A stretch of 63,670 nt of DNA, the filler included, from Nemertoderma westbladi (taxonomy: Eukaryota; Animalia; Xenacoelomorpha), in NCBI GenBank assembly GCA_032718475.1. It is 3 parts of 3 records of this genome, joined end to end, with 100 filler letters (N's around TTAATTAATTAA, not from the genome) between each part and the next. Parts side by side here need not be neighbours in the genome. Positions count along the whole stretch, not along the records: positions 1 to 27,011 come from JAUCBJ010001965.1; 2 more parts are not named here. The stretch is one strand, 5' to 3'. Positions 1-13,212 of the stretch are shown piece after piece (positions within the stretch are counted from its first letter, which is position 1; the number at the start of each line of letters is the position of its first letter). Below the pieces are notes generated by a model. The model ran no database searches, was not told the DNA's origin, and saw only the letters and a program-made list of their open reading frames with translations. The translations under genes and the position numbers were made by a program.

Positions 1-346
1 CTTGGATACTAGCAGTATGCTTTTTATTCCGTATGCTATTCAATGGGGCAAGCTTTCTATTGTTCTTTTAACTTGCTTCTAATTATAGCGTGGTTGTTGC
101 TATGGTGACATTATGGAAAGCTAGCAGTAATTCGGTAGGGTAATTCTCATGCATACAACAGATCTGGGATGCTATTTAATAGTAATTCTTTAATTGTCAA
201 TATTCCCCTTTACATATGATTTTATGAATTTTATCGGCTATTGACTATATATTGGAGATTCTCGCACACTAATATACTTAATAGGGTGAATCTCCGCTCC
301 CATGATCTATTAATTAATGGAATTTTGGGAATGTTATAAATTGTTG

Positions 347-517
347 TAACGTTTGTTCCTCAGTTAGTTTAACCGCTGTCCTAACCTTTGTTCCTCAGTT
401 AGTTTGACCGCTGTCCTAATCTTTGATCCTCAGTTAGTTTATCTGGTGTTCTAGCGTTTGTTCCTAAGTTAGTTTAACCGCTGTTCTAACGTTTTGTTCC
501 TCAGTTAGTTTAACAGC
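347..517. repeat. Tandem repeat, ~35-bp unit, about 5 copies
   Basis: Recurring TTTGTTCCTCAGTTAGTTTAACCGCTGTCCTAAC with substitutions; explains the repeated tail of ORF 464..892. Confidence 0.85.
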
Positions 518-1380
518 TATATGTATACGCATGTATATACGTATGTATACGCATATTGTTGATATGTCTGACAAAATTAAATAAAATATGTCTAATAGAA
601 TCCACATAATCAAGACATGTTTGTTCATACACACGACAGTGCTATGGTGGTGGTGGTGGCACCTACTACCAGTACAAGTAAACCACATAATGGAGTCTAC
701 AGTATGTGCTTGGCTTCCCAGAGGGAGATAGTCACTGGTTGGATATGTACTGTACAATACAAGGCCGCTGTCCACTGCGCCAAGATTCAATGAAGCAAGT
801 TCTATGCAGCTATGCTTAGATGTAGGGCCACATAATGTATGATAATGTACACCACAGAACTCATTATTTACATGTTTGTTTGATTTAAACAAGAATGCAA
901 ATTTAAAATATTAAATAAAAAGTAGCATTCATATATTTTTTGTTAATTGTTTTCCGTAATGAAATACTTAGTTACGTCTGAATTTATTATTAATAGTACA
1001 ATCCATTCTTGGCATCCAGAAAGTTTTCAACTACAAACAGCTTATGAATTCTAAATTAGCTAATCACAGGCCTTGGTTACTAAGTTGGATTCATTGCATT
1101 TTTGTTTTTTTTGTGTGCTTTGTAAGTTGCACATGTGTTCGCAACACAGTATTCTTTGTTTGTTGAGTGAATAATTTTTTACCTTTCCGACATTTTCAGG
1201 ACATTTTCACCACCATGATGTTAGGCCTATAACTAACATCTTGATCTTGAAGCTGTTCGATATCGCCTTCCAATTCCAATGAGCTCGCCTCACTCTCCGC
1301 TTCCGTAGAAGAAGCCTCCATTTCCTCTCGTTGTCTAGAAACGTTGTTGTTGTCGTTGTCGTTGTCTAATACAACAACTA

Positions 1381-1930
1381 AATAACAACGAATAGAGCCA
1401 AATAATCAATTTAGTTTCCTTATTGTAGATCTACCCTTACAAAGCACTGGGAGAGCAATCATCTTATGGGGTAATACATTAGAAACCCACAGCTTATGTG
1501 TGAGTAAACATTGCCTTTCCTTATAGCCTACTAGTAAAACTTGGCAACCAACACGTTTTTCTATGACTGTGTATAACATATTAAGCCATATTTCATCATG
1601 AACACCAGCTGTTATTTTACCATTGCTTTTAATTTCGCGACAAAACAATGTCAAAAAACTAAATATATCGAATACCACACATAGAATCGATCTGAAATTT
1701 TGTAACGCGATTATGAACCACCAAAGCAATGTACTTGCAAAATTTCATCAAAATCGCCTGGCAGGAAGTGCCTTAACCTAGATAATTATCAGTCAGTATG
1801 TCATTCAGTATGTCAGTTAGTGTAATGTATTCTGAGATTTTTACAGAAAGTATCCCTGATATTCTTACAGTAAGTATCCCGCTGTTGAGCGGCTCTATTG
1901 TTGTATATCGAGCGACGAAGTAACTGCTTA
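1381..1930. mobile_element. Probable non-autonomous Helentron-associated (HINE/DINE-like) element
   Basis: Subterminal inverted repeat AATAGAGCC (1391-1399) / GGCTCTATT (1891-1899), with a GTCAGTAT-type microsatellite near 1790-1820. Confidence 0.4.
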
Positions 1931-2724
1931 GCATATTGGTAGGTACAGTTACCGATATCTTCCAGTCGATATGTCTTTCTGTCTGAGGCCTAATGTCGTA
2001 TGTCTGTCACCCTTTGATGAAATTAAACAAAACTTGATACACAAGTGGTTTCTCAAAAATCTGAAATATAATTTGAGTGACTCAGCAGTTATCCAGTTTC
2101 CCGCAGGAGGGCAACAAGCCAGCGCAGCGGTTGAAATAACATAAACCCGTAAGCTAAGCTTGTTTGGATTGTCCTGTACAAAGGTCCCACAAAGGATATA
2201 TGCACACAGCATATGCTGGCTTATTTTAATTAACTTTAAATAAGAATAATATAAAAATTTAAATAATATAAATTACGATTAAACTGTGAACCTCACAACG
2301 CAACGCCCACGTATTTTTCTCTCAACTGAACTTACCATTCGGCACTTTCTCGGCTAACAAACGTTTCTTTTTCTTTACTAAACGAGCGGCGTCCTAAATG
2401 AAAATAAACAAATTTTTTTTCAAAGTTCCACAATTATAATAAATACAATCAACGCCAACGTTACTTAACATTAACAACTTAGGGAAATGAGCTGGATACA
2501 GTAGCAGGCTATTCTAACCAAAACAATAAACCAGAGTGAATAGCAATGGTTACAGTTGAATTTTTGCCCGTATTCAGCTGTTATTTGCGACCAATTTCCG
2601 CTGGAGGTCAATTTTTACATGCGACCAACTTCAGCCACTATATATCTGATAACAAGATACAATATAACTAGGTGCCTACCGGCTTAAAACATTTACATAA
2701 ATAACAAAATAAAATAAGTAACAC

Positions 2725-2995
2725 GTTCGTCGGGCGTCGCGGAGCATGCTAACATTAGCAAAAAAATTATTTGATCTGGAGTCAAAAGTTCGAGAGGTAT
2801 TTGCCCGTTACATTCAAAAATATTGAAGCGTTTTCTGTAGTATGCCCATATAAAATTTAGTTGAAAAGGGTTAAAATCTTCAAAAGTTATTTACGAATGA
2901 ATTTTTCATTACAGACGGACAGACAGAAATTAAATGATGGCCTATTTTCTAATTATAATTGTGCGCTAAGGCTCGCCCTGACTGCGTTGCTACAT
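2725..2995 (-). mobile_element. HINE-like fragment
   Basis: Minus strand has GGGCGAGCCTTAGC (2965-2978), related to the element ends at 19781 and 48240, followed by a CTGT/CCGT microsatellite (2911-2926). Confidence 0.4.
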
Positions 2996-3768
2996 ATTGA
3001 CATGTGAAGGGGGGGGGGGGGGGGGTATATTAAAGTAGCGGTGAAATAATAATATTATCTATATAACTTACTCTGCGTTCCTCCTCGCGTTTCCGCTTGG
3101 CGGGACACGTTTTTATTGAATGCCGCTTTGGCAAACATTTCCCATGACAATAACTGCAGTTGTAAATTTTCTTATCCATTATTCTAAAAATATATAACAC
3201 CAAAATTTATTTTACCTTAAGTAAATGCGGCCTAACAGCTAAGATACCGGTACCGTACAATCGGCTGACTTATGTCGTATGTACGCTACGTGATAGGCTA
3301 TACCGCTACGCTTACCGGTACGTAAGGAACCGTAAATTAGTGCCTCTACCTACAACTCTTAATAGGCCTACAGGGTTACAGGTCCTTCCTGTTGTCCTGT
3401 ACTCAGGCTGTCAGGCACAGACAGCCGATTGAAATATCAAACATCCAAAGACTGAAATACATGCAGTAAGGCAGTAGGCCTAGGGTTGACTATTCAAATT
3501 CAGGACAAAATTTCATTTTTTTTTAATTTGGGACACTTTAAATTGCTTTAATTCTTGATATTATGTTTGCATCTGTACAAGATGCTATTGTAGTTCACTA
3601 TAAAACCAAATTGATACCACTAAGTTCAAATGTTTAGTTGTAACTGGGTGGTTTTCATTTTATAAATTGACTGTCCGGAATTTGACTACCTGGTAAAATA
3701 CCGGACATGTATATAATTCCGGACAATGCCTTTTATTAGCTGTGATGTGATTATTAGTTGTGATTCAC

Positions 3769-4065
3769 ATGCTAGTTGATGTAAAAATTAACCCGTCGAT
3801 TAGGCCTAACCCGAAACCTCCTTCCGCTACCACCATCCCGGCTATGCTGAAATCTGTACAGGACGAATGGGACGCGGTTATGCTGCAAAGGTTTACCTTG
3901 CGGCAGCAGCTGACAACAGCTCGCCAGGAGTTGAGCCACAGTAACAACAGACACGACGCAGCCTGTCGTGTAATCGCTCGTCACTCGGAGGAAGCGGCGG
4001 CCGCTAGTCTCGCTTTGGGGCCGATAGAAGGAAATTCTCGTCGGAATCATAATCAATCCCGATAA
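3769..4065 (+). pseudogene. PRPF19: PRP19/PRPF19 fragment (tetramerisation coiled-coil only)
   Basis: [53 protein letters not shown] matches the conserved Prp19 segment [53 protein letters not shown]. No U-box or WD40 coding sequence seen nearby. Confidence 0.8.
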
Positions 4066-5905
4066 ACTATGTGCTCTCCAGTCATTGTAACTTTTTTTTC
4101 CTGTACCGGTATATCAAGCATTTGTTAATCACTTATATTATACTCACTTGTATCACTTGTATTATATTATAGTATTAATTGAATTAAGATGTTTTAAACT
4201 GTTAAATAATGCTGTTTTAAACTAACCCCCCTGAAGTGAATTTCAAATCAATTTATTGTGGCGGTAATTTTAAAATAGTAATCGAACAGTCAGCTGCAAT
4301 AATAATTATTATTATTTCCGTGTCCGTGTTTGCGTGTGGAGCACTGGGTGGAGGTAGGCAGGTAGAGAGGTAGGCGTAGGGGCTTGGGCTTACCGCTACC
4401 GGTACCATTGCCTGTACACCCGTACTGTCTGACTGTGTACTAGTCTCGAAATTGTCTCGAAATCACATCATCATAATCTTCATCAACAAGACGAGTACGG
4501 TTAACTTGGATGATCAAGCAAATGTCATGGGTGATAAGGAGTTGTTGCGGCGTAACATTGTTGATAAGCCGGCATAGCAATCTTAATCCACGCTGCATTG
4601 GGCCTGCCAATTGTGGATTACATGGTGGTGGCAAAAATATTATTGTTAATCCAGATAGCATCTCAATCTTCAGCTTCAATGAGCTCACCGATTAAAGTAC
4701 AGTATTCGTAGTTGTAGCTCATCTATCGGCAACGTTTAAAAGTACCTACTATTACATGTACTTAATACAGTCGGCCTAGAGTAGTTGTAGCGTATTATAT
4801 GTGAGGGAGTTTCAAAATGTCTAAAATCTGAGGTTGAATAACATATAACATTTCAACAGATAATAATTTTGTACCAAATGATCACCATTATTATTGTGTT
4901 GACCTAACATACTTTATTAACGCTGTCTATCATGCTTCAGTATTATGTAAAACTTTGATGTATTACGTTTCTCTCATATCGTCATTTTGTTTGCAGAGTA
5001 AGTGAAATTCGCCAATAACAATATCAACCTAACGTGGCACCTGATACGTATGAACAACCCGTTGATGGTTATTAATGGACTACCTTACTAACATTATTTC
5101 AAATATATTTGGTGAGTTAGGTCTTGTAGACATTCATGGGGCCGTATTGTATGAAATAAGCAAGCTTAGCATACACAGTACGGACACCGCAATTTTAACC
5201 TTTGCATAATCACCCCCTAAAGGGAGCCTGGAGAATACACGCTGAGTCAATACACGGGTATATTATTTGACACATATTATTAATATACAATGTTAGACAA
5301 ATATCTAACTATATTTCAGACATAGTTCTAGGGTAGGCCCTAATAACTTTAATTGTTATTGACTATAGCCTTTACTAAATTTATTATTTATTTCAGAATT
5401 TAAGTGTTATACAGTACTCACTCATCATCTTCGTAGATACAGTACGTGGTATATTAAGAAGATAACGGTTATACGTGACGGCAAATTAAATATAGTATGT
5501 TATAGTACATATATATGATAATGCTCTCTAAGTTAACTTTAAATATTTTTTATCTTTCTTATATATCTTTATTTTGTGCGCAGATTAAGTAAGTTCACAA
5601 TAACAAGATCACCAATAACCAGATCATCTGTGCCTGATACGTTCAACCCTGTGATGGTTATATTTATTGACTAAGCAGGCCTACGTTACTTATATTATCT
5701 CCAAATATATTTTGTAAGTTAGTAGGCCTACCACTATTTTAACTAATACCTAGTCTCACACTTTCAGGAAACTGTATAACAGCTGAATTCAGCACGCAAA
5801 ACCTTTGATTCACTAGATGTGTAGGCCTAATACTGTAGGTTGGTTTAATGCCATCAAATATTGACTTGATTTATTCGCTTTCAAATATTTGCCAGAAGAC
5901 CAACA

Positions 5906-6745
5906 GATAAACCAACAGGAAGACCGACCAAATATGGTTAGCTCAGCGGTGCCCGTATGCCAAACTCACTTTCCTGATAAACCAACAGGAAGACCGACCA
6001 AATATGGTTAGCTCAGCGGTGCCCGTATGCCAAACTCACTTTCCTGATAAACCAACAGGAAGACCGACCAAATATGGTTAGCTCAGCGGTGCCCGTATGC
6101 CAAACTCACTTTCCTGATAAAACAACAGGAAGACCGACCAAATATGGTTAGCTCAGCGGTGCCCGTATGCCAAACTTACTTTCCTGATAAACCAACAGGA
6201 AGACCGACCAAATATGGTTAGCTCAGCGGTGCCCGTATGCCAAACTCACTTTCCTGATAAACCAACAGGAAGACCGACCAAATATGGTTAGCTCAGCGGT
6301 GCCCGTATGCCAAACTCACTTTCCTGATAAACCAACAGGAAGACCGACCAAATATGGTTAGCTCAGCGGTGCCCGTATGCCAAACTCACTTTCCTGATAA
6401 ACCAACAGGAAGACTGACCAAATATGGTTAGCTCAGCGGTGCCCGTATGCCAAACTCACTTTCCTGATAAACCAACAGGAAGTCCGACCAAATATGGTTA
6501 GCTCAGCGGTGCCCGTATGCCAAACTCACTTTCCTGATAAACCAACAGGAAGACCGACCAAATATGGTTAGCTCAGCGGTGCCCGTATGCCAAACTCACT
6601 TTCCTGATAAACCAACAGGAAGACCGACCAAATATGGTTAGCTCAGCGGTGCCTGTATGCCAAACTTACTTTCCTGATAAACCAACAGTAAGACCGACCA
6701 AATATGGTTAGCTCAGCGGTGCCCGTATGCCAAACTCACTTTCCT
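5906..6745. repeat. Minisatellite, 70-bp unit x 12, nearly identical
   Basis: Unit GATAAACCAACAGGAAGACCGACCAAATATGGTTAGCTCAGCGGTGCCCGTATGCCAAACTCACTTTCCT starts every 70 bp from 5906. Confidence 0.97.
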
Positions 6746-6849
6746 GATATCTGTATATGAAATTATAGATTACATTTTATTCATATAATAACTTTTGGCA
6801 CCAGATATTTTTAACTACATTAAATTTATTTTATGTTTTAGAATTTAAC

Positions 6850-8204
6850 CAATGCTTTCACCTGATTCATCTTCTTTCAAATTCAAACGGCTCTCTTACA
6901 AAGAATTGAAGAACGGGGATTTAGAAGAATTCAGATCACGATAACACCGATCACAGAAACTGAACTATACGGAGTTAAATACACTCTGACAGAAAAAAAA
7001 AAGCAAGTAAATATGATTTTTAATATTAATAATATTACTGTATTACTTAAATATTGAGTTACTTCAAGAGGAGGGTACTGCAAATTTCTATATAAAATTA
7101 AATAATTTTCAAGCATACTGTATATACATAAAAACGACATGAGTTTTATAACTCCAAGTATTGTTCTTCAGGAATTTATTAACGGAAAATTAACGGAGAG
7201 ACAGGTGAACAATATTGTATGCGGGAACCGATTTGTAGATGTTAATAGGTACGATGTGATTGATAAGGGCCAGAAGATGGAAATGAACTCCAGAATACCG
7301 ATTCGAATAGTACATATAAAATCTAAAAAGGAAGAAATTATATCTGTCAAAAACTTAAAAAAAACATAACGAAAGAAGAACAATACTTTAGATTAATATA
7401 TGCTCGACAAGATGACAGTGATGTATTTATAATAATAGTTACGCAAGCCCTGGCGTCAACTATACTATATTTCGAACAGCAATCGCAACTCTCTGTTGGT
7501 AAAGGGGCTCTTATTTTAAATTATATTTTTCACGGCACCTGGTTGAATACACATATATTTAAAACACATGACCCCCTATGGCCAGTCCAATGGATACCGT
7601 TATCCATTGTAGACATACCTAATAAATATCTAGAAGAGACATCTATACGATCGTTCAACATAGAAATTCATAAAATTCAAGTTTTACGGGTGAATTTTGA
7701 TGATTCCTGTAATTTGGATTTATGCGATGGCCGATACGGTAAATCGAAATGTCCGTGTTCAAAGAAAGGACAAATCGTTCGAATTCCGTCAATCACCATC
7801 AACTGTGCCCAAATGCAGGACATCGAGGTGTTGCCATTTTCATCTGTAAGACTTGCTGTCTTCTTGTTTGATGTCGCATTACTCCAACCCGGTGGTGCTA
7901 AGGATGTAAGTATTTTTGGAATGGCAAACCATGTAAAAAATTCTCTAGAAAAACACGTTGGATTTCGCCTATGGATGAAGCCATCGAAAACTCATAGTGA
8001 TACAACGTGTTACAGTACATAACAAAATGCCACATCTCACAGATGGATATATTAGGAGATGAGCTTGTTAAATATTGTCCTGCTGAAGAAGAGGATTGCC
8101 AACAAGACTCGGTGAACCTCAACTATCAGCACACATTTACTGGTGTGTTGGATGAAAGAATAAATGCTCCAATTATTAGGGGGTCTACACATCCATCGAG
8201 TTAA
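6850..8204 (+). pseudogene. Decayed intronless coding region of unknown product (Cys motif CDGRYGKSKCPC), probably TE cargo
   Basis: Successive + strand ORF pieces 7139-7369, 7543-8022 and 8007-8204 separated by stops/frameshifts, just upstream of the OTU-bearing frame. Confidence 0.35.
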
Positions 8205-8776
8205 TATGTACTGTACATGTACGTAATTTATAACTTAATATTCAACCTGGTATATTACGCCGTAGCTCTGAATTTAATGACATTTTTTAAAAGTCCAATT
8301 ATAATGCACTAAATGTAGTGAAATATGAGAAAAGTAAAATATTAATGTTAATAACATTTTTTTAATATTGTTAATTAATGTTATATTTCAAAAGAAGTCC
8401 ACTGTTAAATCTGCAGATAGTGGCATAAATTGACCGCAAGTGAAAAATGTTATCTCTACCGCGTATTGACCGTAATTGAAATATACTGTAGTTTCGTTAA
8501 TTTATTGTTTTGATTAGAAAATGGCCATGACATAACATTGTTATAAATACTAGAATACCAAATCAAATATTAATTATAAAATAGTAAGCTACAAAATTAT
8601 ATCTATAAAAGGCTTTAAAACAACATATAGAAGAAGTACAATACTTCTGACTAATATACATCACATATCGATCATAAATAGATTACTGTTTAAAATAACA
8701 AAAGGAGGGCAAACGTTGAAATAAATTTGTTAAAAGGTTTTAGCTTAAAACATTAAATCCACGAAACATAAACAAA

Positions 8777-9749
8777 ATGGTTAGAAAAAGACAACAAACA
8801 TGTTTTGAAAGCGGAAGTAAAACCCACAACATAAGAACTTGTAAAATAGCGAAATTGAGATTGGCCGAAACTGACAGCAAACCAAAAGATACAGAAAATA
8901 TTGATTTGGATGTGGGTGATTTTCACTGTGAAGGTGTAGATGACATGAGAACAAGTACAGAAGGCGAAGGAGTGTCAGGCAGGAATGATGACAGCAGTCA
9001 TGTAGAAGAAATGTATTTGGAAGCCAATCGTAATCAAGGAGAAGATATAGGTATGGAAGTGGATTAAGATGCGAGCCAGAGACAATTTGAAGTTGCACAC
9101 TGCCCTGATGCATCACCATGGCAATGGCTTCAACTATCGTGTGACCTTAACAACTTCGTTATTGAAGATAATCGTGGTGGTGGAGATTGTCTCTACTTTG
9201 CTATACAGCGTGGGCTGGATCTTTATAACTACAATCGGCACTATGCAATATCGGCATCGCGAAAATTATCGGCCAATGCAATGACTGAAGATCCGGCACC
9301 ATTTTCAGATCGGTTTATGGCTCCAACACGTGAAGAACTACGTGGTGTGTTTCCTCCCCCAGGAGTAACATTTAGTGAGTTTGTTAAACAAACTCGATAT
9401 AACGAATGGGGAACTGAACTAAATGTTATGTTATGCATCTCCTGTTGCATCATATAATGCTCAGGGTATACACCCACCAACAAGTGCATATGCAGCACCA
9501 GATACAGCTCCCTCTACAGCACCATCTGCTTTGGACTTTTCAACCCTCTGTTTGAGTTGCCAAAGGCATACAACTACCATCTATAATATAAATGTGTGTG
9601 CCAGAGAGCCCTGTAATGGTAAAAAATACGGACAAATGGCACAGAGGAGAAACGATGTATCACCTATGTGCTGCAATGAGTGCAGTGCATATTTACACTC
9701 CAGCTGCAGTGAGGTTATCGCAACTGTAATTTTATGGGACCAGCTGTAA
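8777..9749 (+). pseudogene. Zinc-knuckle + OTU cysteine protease + Cys-rich region; likely N-terminus of a Helitron/Helentron-like protein
   Basis: CFESGSKTHNIRTC is a degenerate CCHC knuckle. After one in-frame TAA (9065-9067) the same frame reads IEDNRGGGDCLYFAIQRGL...FSEFVKQTRYNEWGTELNVML (OTU GDCL and WG motifs) to a stop at 9457. A Cys-rich ORF 9423-9749 follows. Confidence 0.65.
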
Positions 9750-10095
9750 TAAATTCATGTCTAACCTCGAACACGATTCTTACTGATAATAAGAAACAGG
9801 AACTGTGGGTTCAGCTGGAACATGGAAGCAAATGTGCTCAGAGTGTTATAACAGATGTGTTATAATTTCAAGGAAATACTAGCTAGTAAAAAAAAACACT
9901 AGCTACACCTTAATAAATAATATATAATAATGTTCTCGAACACTACCAATAACAAAAATAAAAATACAGTATTTTTAAAATTTCAAAAAATTCTAGCAAG
10001 TAAATAACACTAGCTGCTACCATAACAAATATCTCTACTAATGTTCTAGAACATTCACCAATATCAAAAAAGCACTAAAAAGTTGCTATCTGGAA

Positions 10096-10356
10096 CCGGA
10101 CAATTCGGTCCCGGACAATTCGGTCCCGGACAATTCGGTCCCGAACAATTCGGTCCCGGACAATTCGGTCCTAGGACAATTCGGTCCTAGGACAATTCGG
10201 TCCTAGGACAATTCGGCCCCGGACAATTCGGTCCCGGACAATTCGGTCCCATTTATTTAGAGTTTTGGGACCGAATTGTCCGGGAACGAATTGTCCGGAC
10301 CGAATTGTCCGGACCGAATTATCCGGACCGAATTGTCCGGGACCGAATTGTCCTAC
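10096..10356. mobile_element. Small foldback element built from a 15-bp subrepeat
   Basis: About 10 copies of CCGGACAATTCGGTC (10096-10250), then about 6 reverse-complement copies (10267-10353). Confidence 0.8.
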
Positions 10357-10506
10357 ATCCGTATGGAAAATGTGCCTGAGCTAGTATTATGCACCTTAAT
10401 TATTACTATAATGATTGCCAGGTGTCACGTCAAAATTATTATAAAATATGAAATATCAAAGGTTTTAAATTTTGTGAAATTTAAAACTGCATATAAAAAA
10501 CTTAAT

Positions 10507-12493
10507 CTGCATATGGATCAATTCCCCCCCAATAATGATGCATCGCAGGTTGTATTATAGTATTGATTTCACAAGTTTCAGCTTAACTTATCATAAATAA
10601 CGAAACTGGAGGAGGATTTCACTTTACTATTATTACTTACGTTTATTATTAACTTATAAACTTTATAACATATATATACATATAAACTAATTAACTTATG
10701 GGCAAATGGCAAGGCAAGCAGTAGAAGCCACCTTTGCCTCACATCTCTGATTGTAATCCCAATTATCCTTCCCCCTGCCTTTTCCGTTTGACACATGTCT
10801 GTCTGCCAGTCTATTTCTGCCAATAGACATCAATAAAATTAATTTAAGAATTTAGGGCCATATTTTATATTTTGATATTATAAAGGGGCCACTGTTAATA
10901 AATTTAATATAATTAACTGTAGATTATGAACTCAATCTAACATGGGTGTATTTTCCTAGGAAGGCCATTTAATATATTTGTTTTAGGTTTTAGGGCCATT
11001 TCATATCTCTGTATTTCTAATTTAGGGCATATTCTAAGGAAATCTTGATATCGCACTTCAATTGGGATTTGGGTGTAGACCTATATTTTTTATTATATGA
11101 TACAATAACTGTTGTTAACAAGTATGGGGGGGGGGGGGGGGTGGGGGGGTAACATCGTGCCCGTGTGTGTCTGAGTCTGTATTCACAGAAATACTCAATA
11201 TTCAAACCCCTTAACTTTTCCTAGTATTAACATATTACGTTTTTAATGACAAAATCTGAAACATTTTAAAATCTAAAACTATATTATTTTGAAAGTTATT
11301 TTTTGGGGTACTAAATATCGTCTGGTGTGTTTAAAAATGGCCAAACCAAATAATTAAAAAAAATAGGTCACAAAATGGCACTCTGCTGTGGCCAAACGTG
11401 CCTTTTTTTGCCGTGACAGTGGAACATATGGTGACTGGTGAATCCCTCCCCCCCCCCCCCCTCCCCCTTTCTCCATAATTTTAGTCATTCAAAACGTATG
11501 ATATGAATTTTAAGAAACGTTTCAGATTTCTGTCTCCCAGCAAAGGTATTCTGCAGATCAGATCGGGATCGGGTCTGCTCATTAGATTATATTTGAACAA
11601 TATCAGGGAGCTAATTATCGGTAATCAAAAACAAAAGCGACCATTGTGATTCTATAAAAATGTACTGTATTATATCCTTGCAGTAATTGAGATCAACGTG
11701 ATTTCATGAAAAGATCCAAAAGTGTGTTAGGTTACCATTCTTTGGAACTAGCACGAACATCATTTTCATTTTTTGAGGGAGTTCTGCACGTGTATTTAGG
11801 TTGAATGAGTTCCAAACACTTGAGATCTCGCCGGCAAAGTGTATGTGATTATAGTGCATATATCTGTGAATACAGACTCAGACACGCACGGGCACGATGT
11901 ACTGTTTCACAGAGATATCCCCTCCCCTCATATTTCCCGCTGTTGTTTACAGCAGTTATTGTATTATATAATAACTAATATCCACCCAAATCCCAATTGA
12001 AGTGCGATAACAAGATTTCCTTAGAATATGCCCTGATTTAGAAATACAGAGATATGAAATGGCCCTAAAACCTAAAACAAATATATTACACCCATGTTAG
12101 ATTGAGTTCATAATCTACAGTTAATTTCTTAAATTTATTAACAGTGGCCCCTTTATAATATCAAAATATAAAATATGGCCCTAAATTTATAAATTAATTT
12201 TATTGATGTCTATTGGCAGAAATAGACTTGCAGACAGACATGTGTCAAACGGAAAAGACAGGGGGAAGGATAATTGGGATTACGATCAGAGATGTGAGGC
12301 AAAGGTGGCTCCTACTGCTTGCCTTGCCATTTGCCCATCGCCTTATAAGTTAATAATAAAAGTAAGTAATAATAGTAAAGTGAAATCCTTCTCCAGTTTC
12401 GTTATTTATGATACATTTAAGCTGAAACTTGTGAAATCAATACTATAATACAACCTGTGCTGCATCATTGGGGAGAAACTGATCCATATGCAG
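10507..12493. repeat. Long inverted repeat: arms 10507-11190 and ~11861-12493
   Basis: CTGCATATGGATCA... mirrors ...TGATCCATATGCAG; inner ends ACATCGTGCCCGTG / CACGGGCACGATGT; paralogous spurious ORFs 10578..10823(-) and 12203..12448(+). Confidence 0.9.
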
Positions 12494-12697
12494 TTCCAGG
12501 AAAACAACAGATGATAATCTTTGATTGTATGTTTACTAAATACAAAAAAATATCAATAAAAATTGTTATTGGTTTTGTGATTGTTTTCGTTCTTAGTTCA
12601 CACAATAATAGACTAAGATATTCACCTTTGTAAATACCGGTACAGTTTATCTCTAGTATTGTATACAGCGCAGTGGGAGAGCTTACAGACGTGTCGA

Positions 12698-12765
12698 CAG
12701 TGCCGGATTAACCTTAAGGCATATAAGGCACGTGCCTTAGGGCCAGCCGAAAATACGGGCCATTT
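12698..12765 (+). mobile_element. Possible hAT-type MITE terminus
   Basis: CAGTGCCGGATTAACC start followed by hairpin TAAGGCACGTGCCTTA; no partner end found. Confidence 0.3.
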
Positions 12766-13212
12766 TTTTCTCAAAGAGTCATTCCTGTGAAAAAATTATT
12801 TTCTAAAATTTGTAGAAAACATAGCAAGAAAGTGCATCTTTCGACTACTTTCTATCCCTAAATTTCTGATAGAAAGTGCAAAATTCTAGCTCAGTCGACC
12901 GACAGGTGGGTGCTGTGTTATTAGTTCGAGACCTGATGGCAGGGAAATAATATAACATGGGCAGTAAAACTTTAAAGTGTTAATTATGAACCATGGAGAA
13001 TTTAATTGCATTTTCTTTTCAATTTAATTTTAATTATTTGTCGTTATGCTCTTAAACTATCAGAACAACCACATAATTAGTTGTAGATAAAATAGTTGTT
13101 GATAAAAAAAAATACGTGTCAGAAGTAACTTCTTGTCACTACTGTAATTTAATTTAACCGAAATTCAGATGTTCTGCCCTCGTGTATTGAATTTTGCATT
13201 CGATGGCATTTT

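Noticed and set aside
1238-1321. Minus-strand first exon MEASSTEAESEASSLELEGDIEQLQDQD
   Set aside because: ATG and a GTTAGT donor are present, but no compatible downstream exon or homology was recognised.
5906-6745. CRISPR array or hammerhead array
   Set aside because: Units are identical with no unique spacers, the context is eukaryotic, and there is no CUGANGA/GAAA core on either strand.
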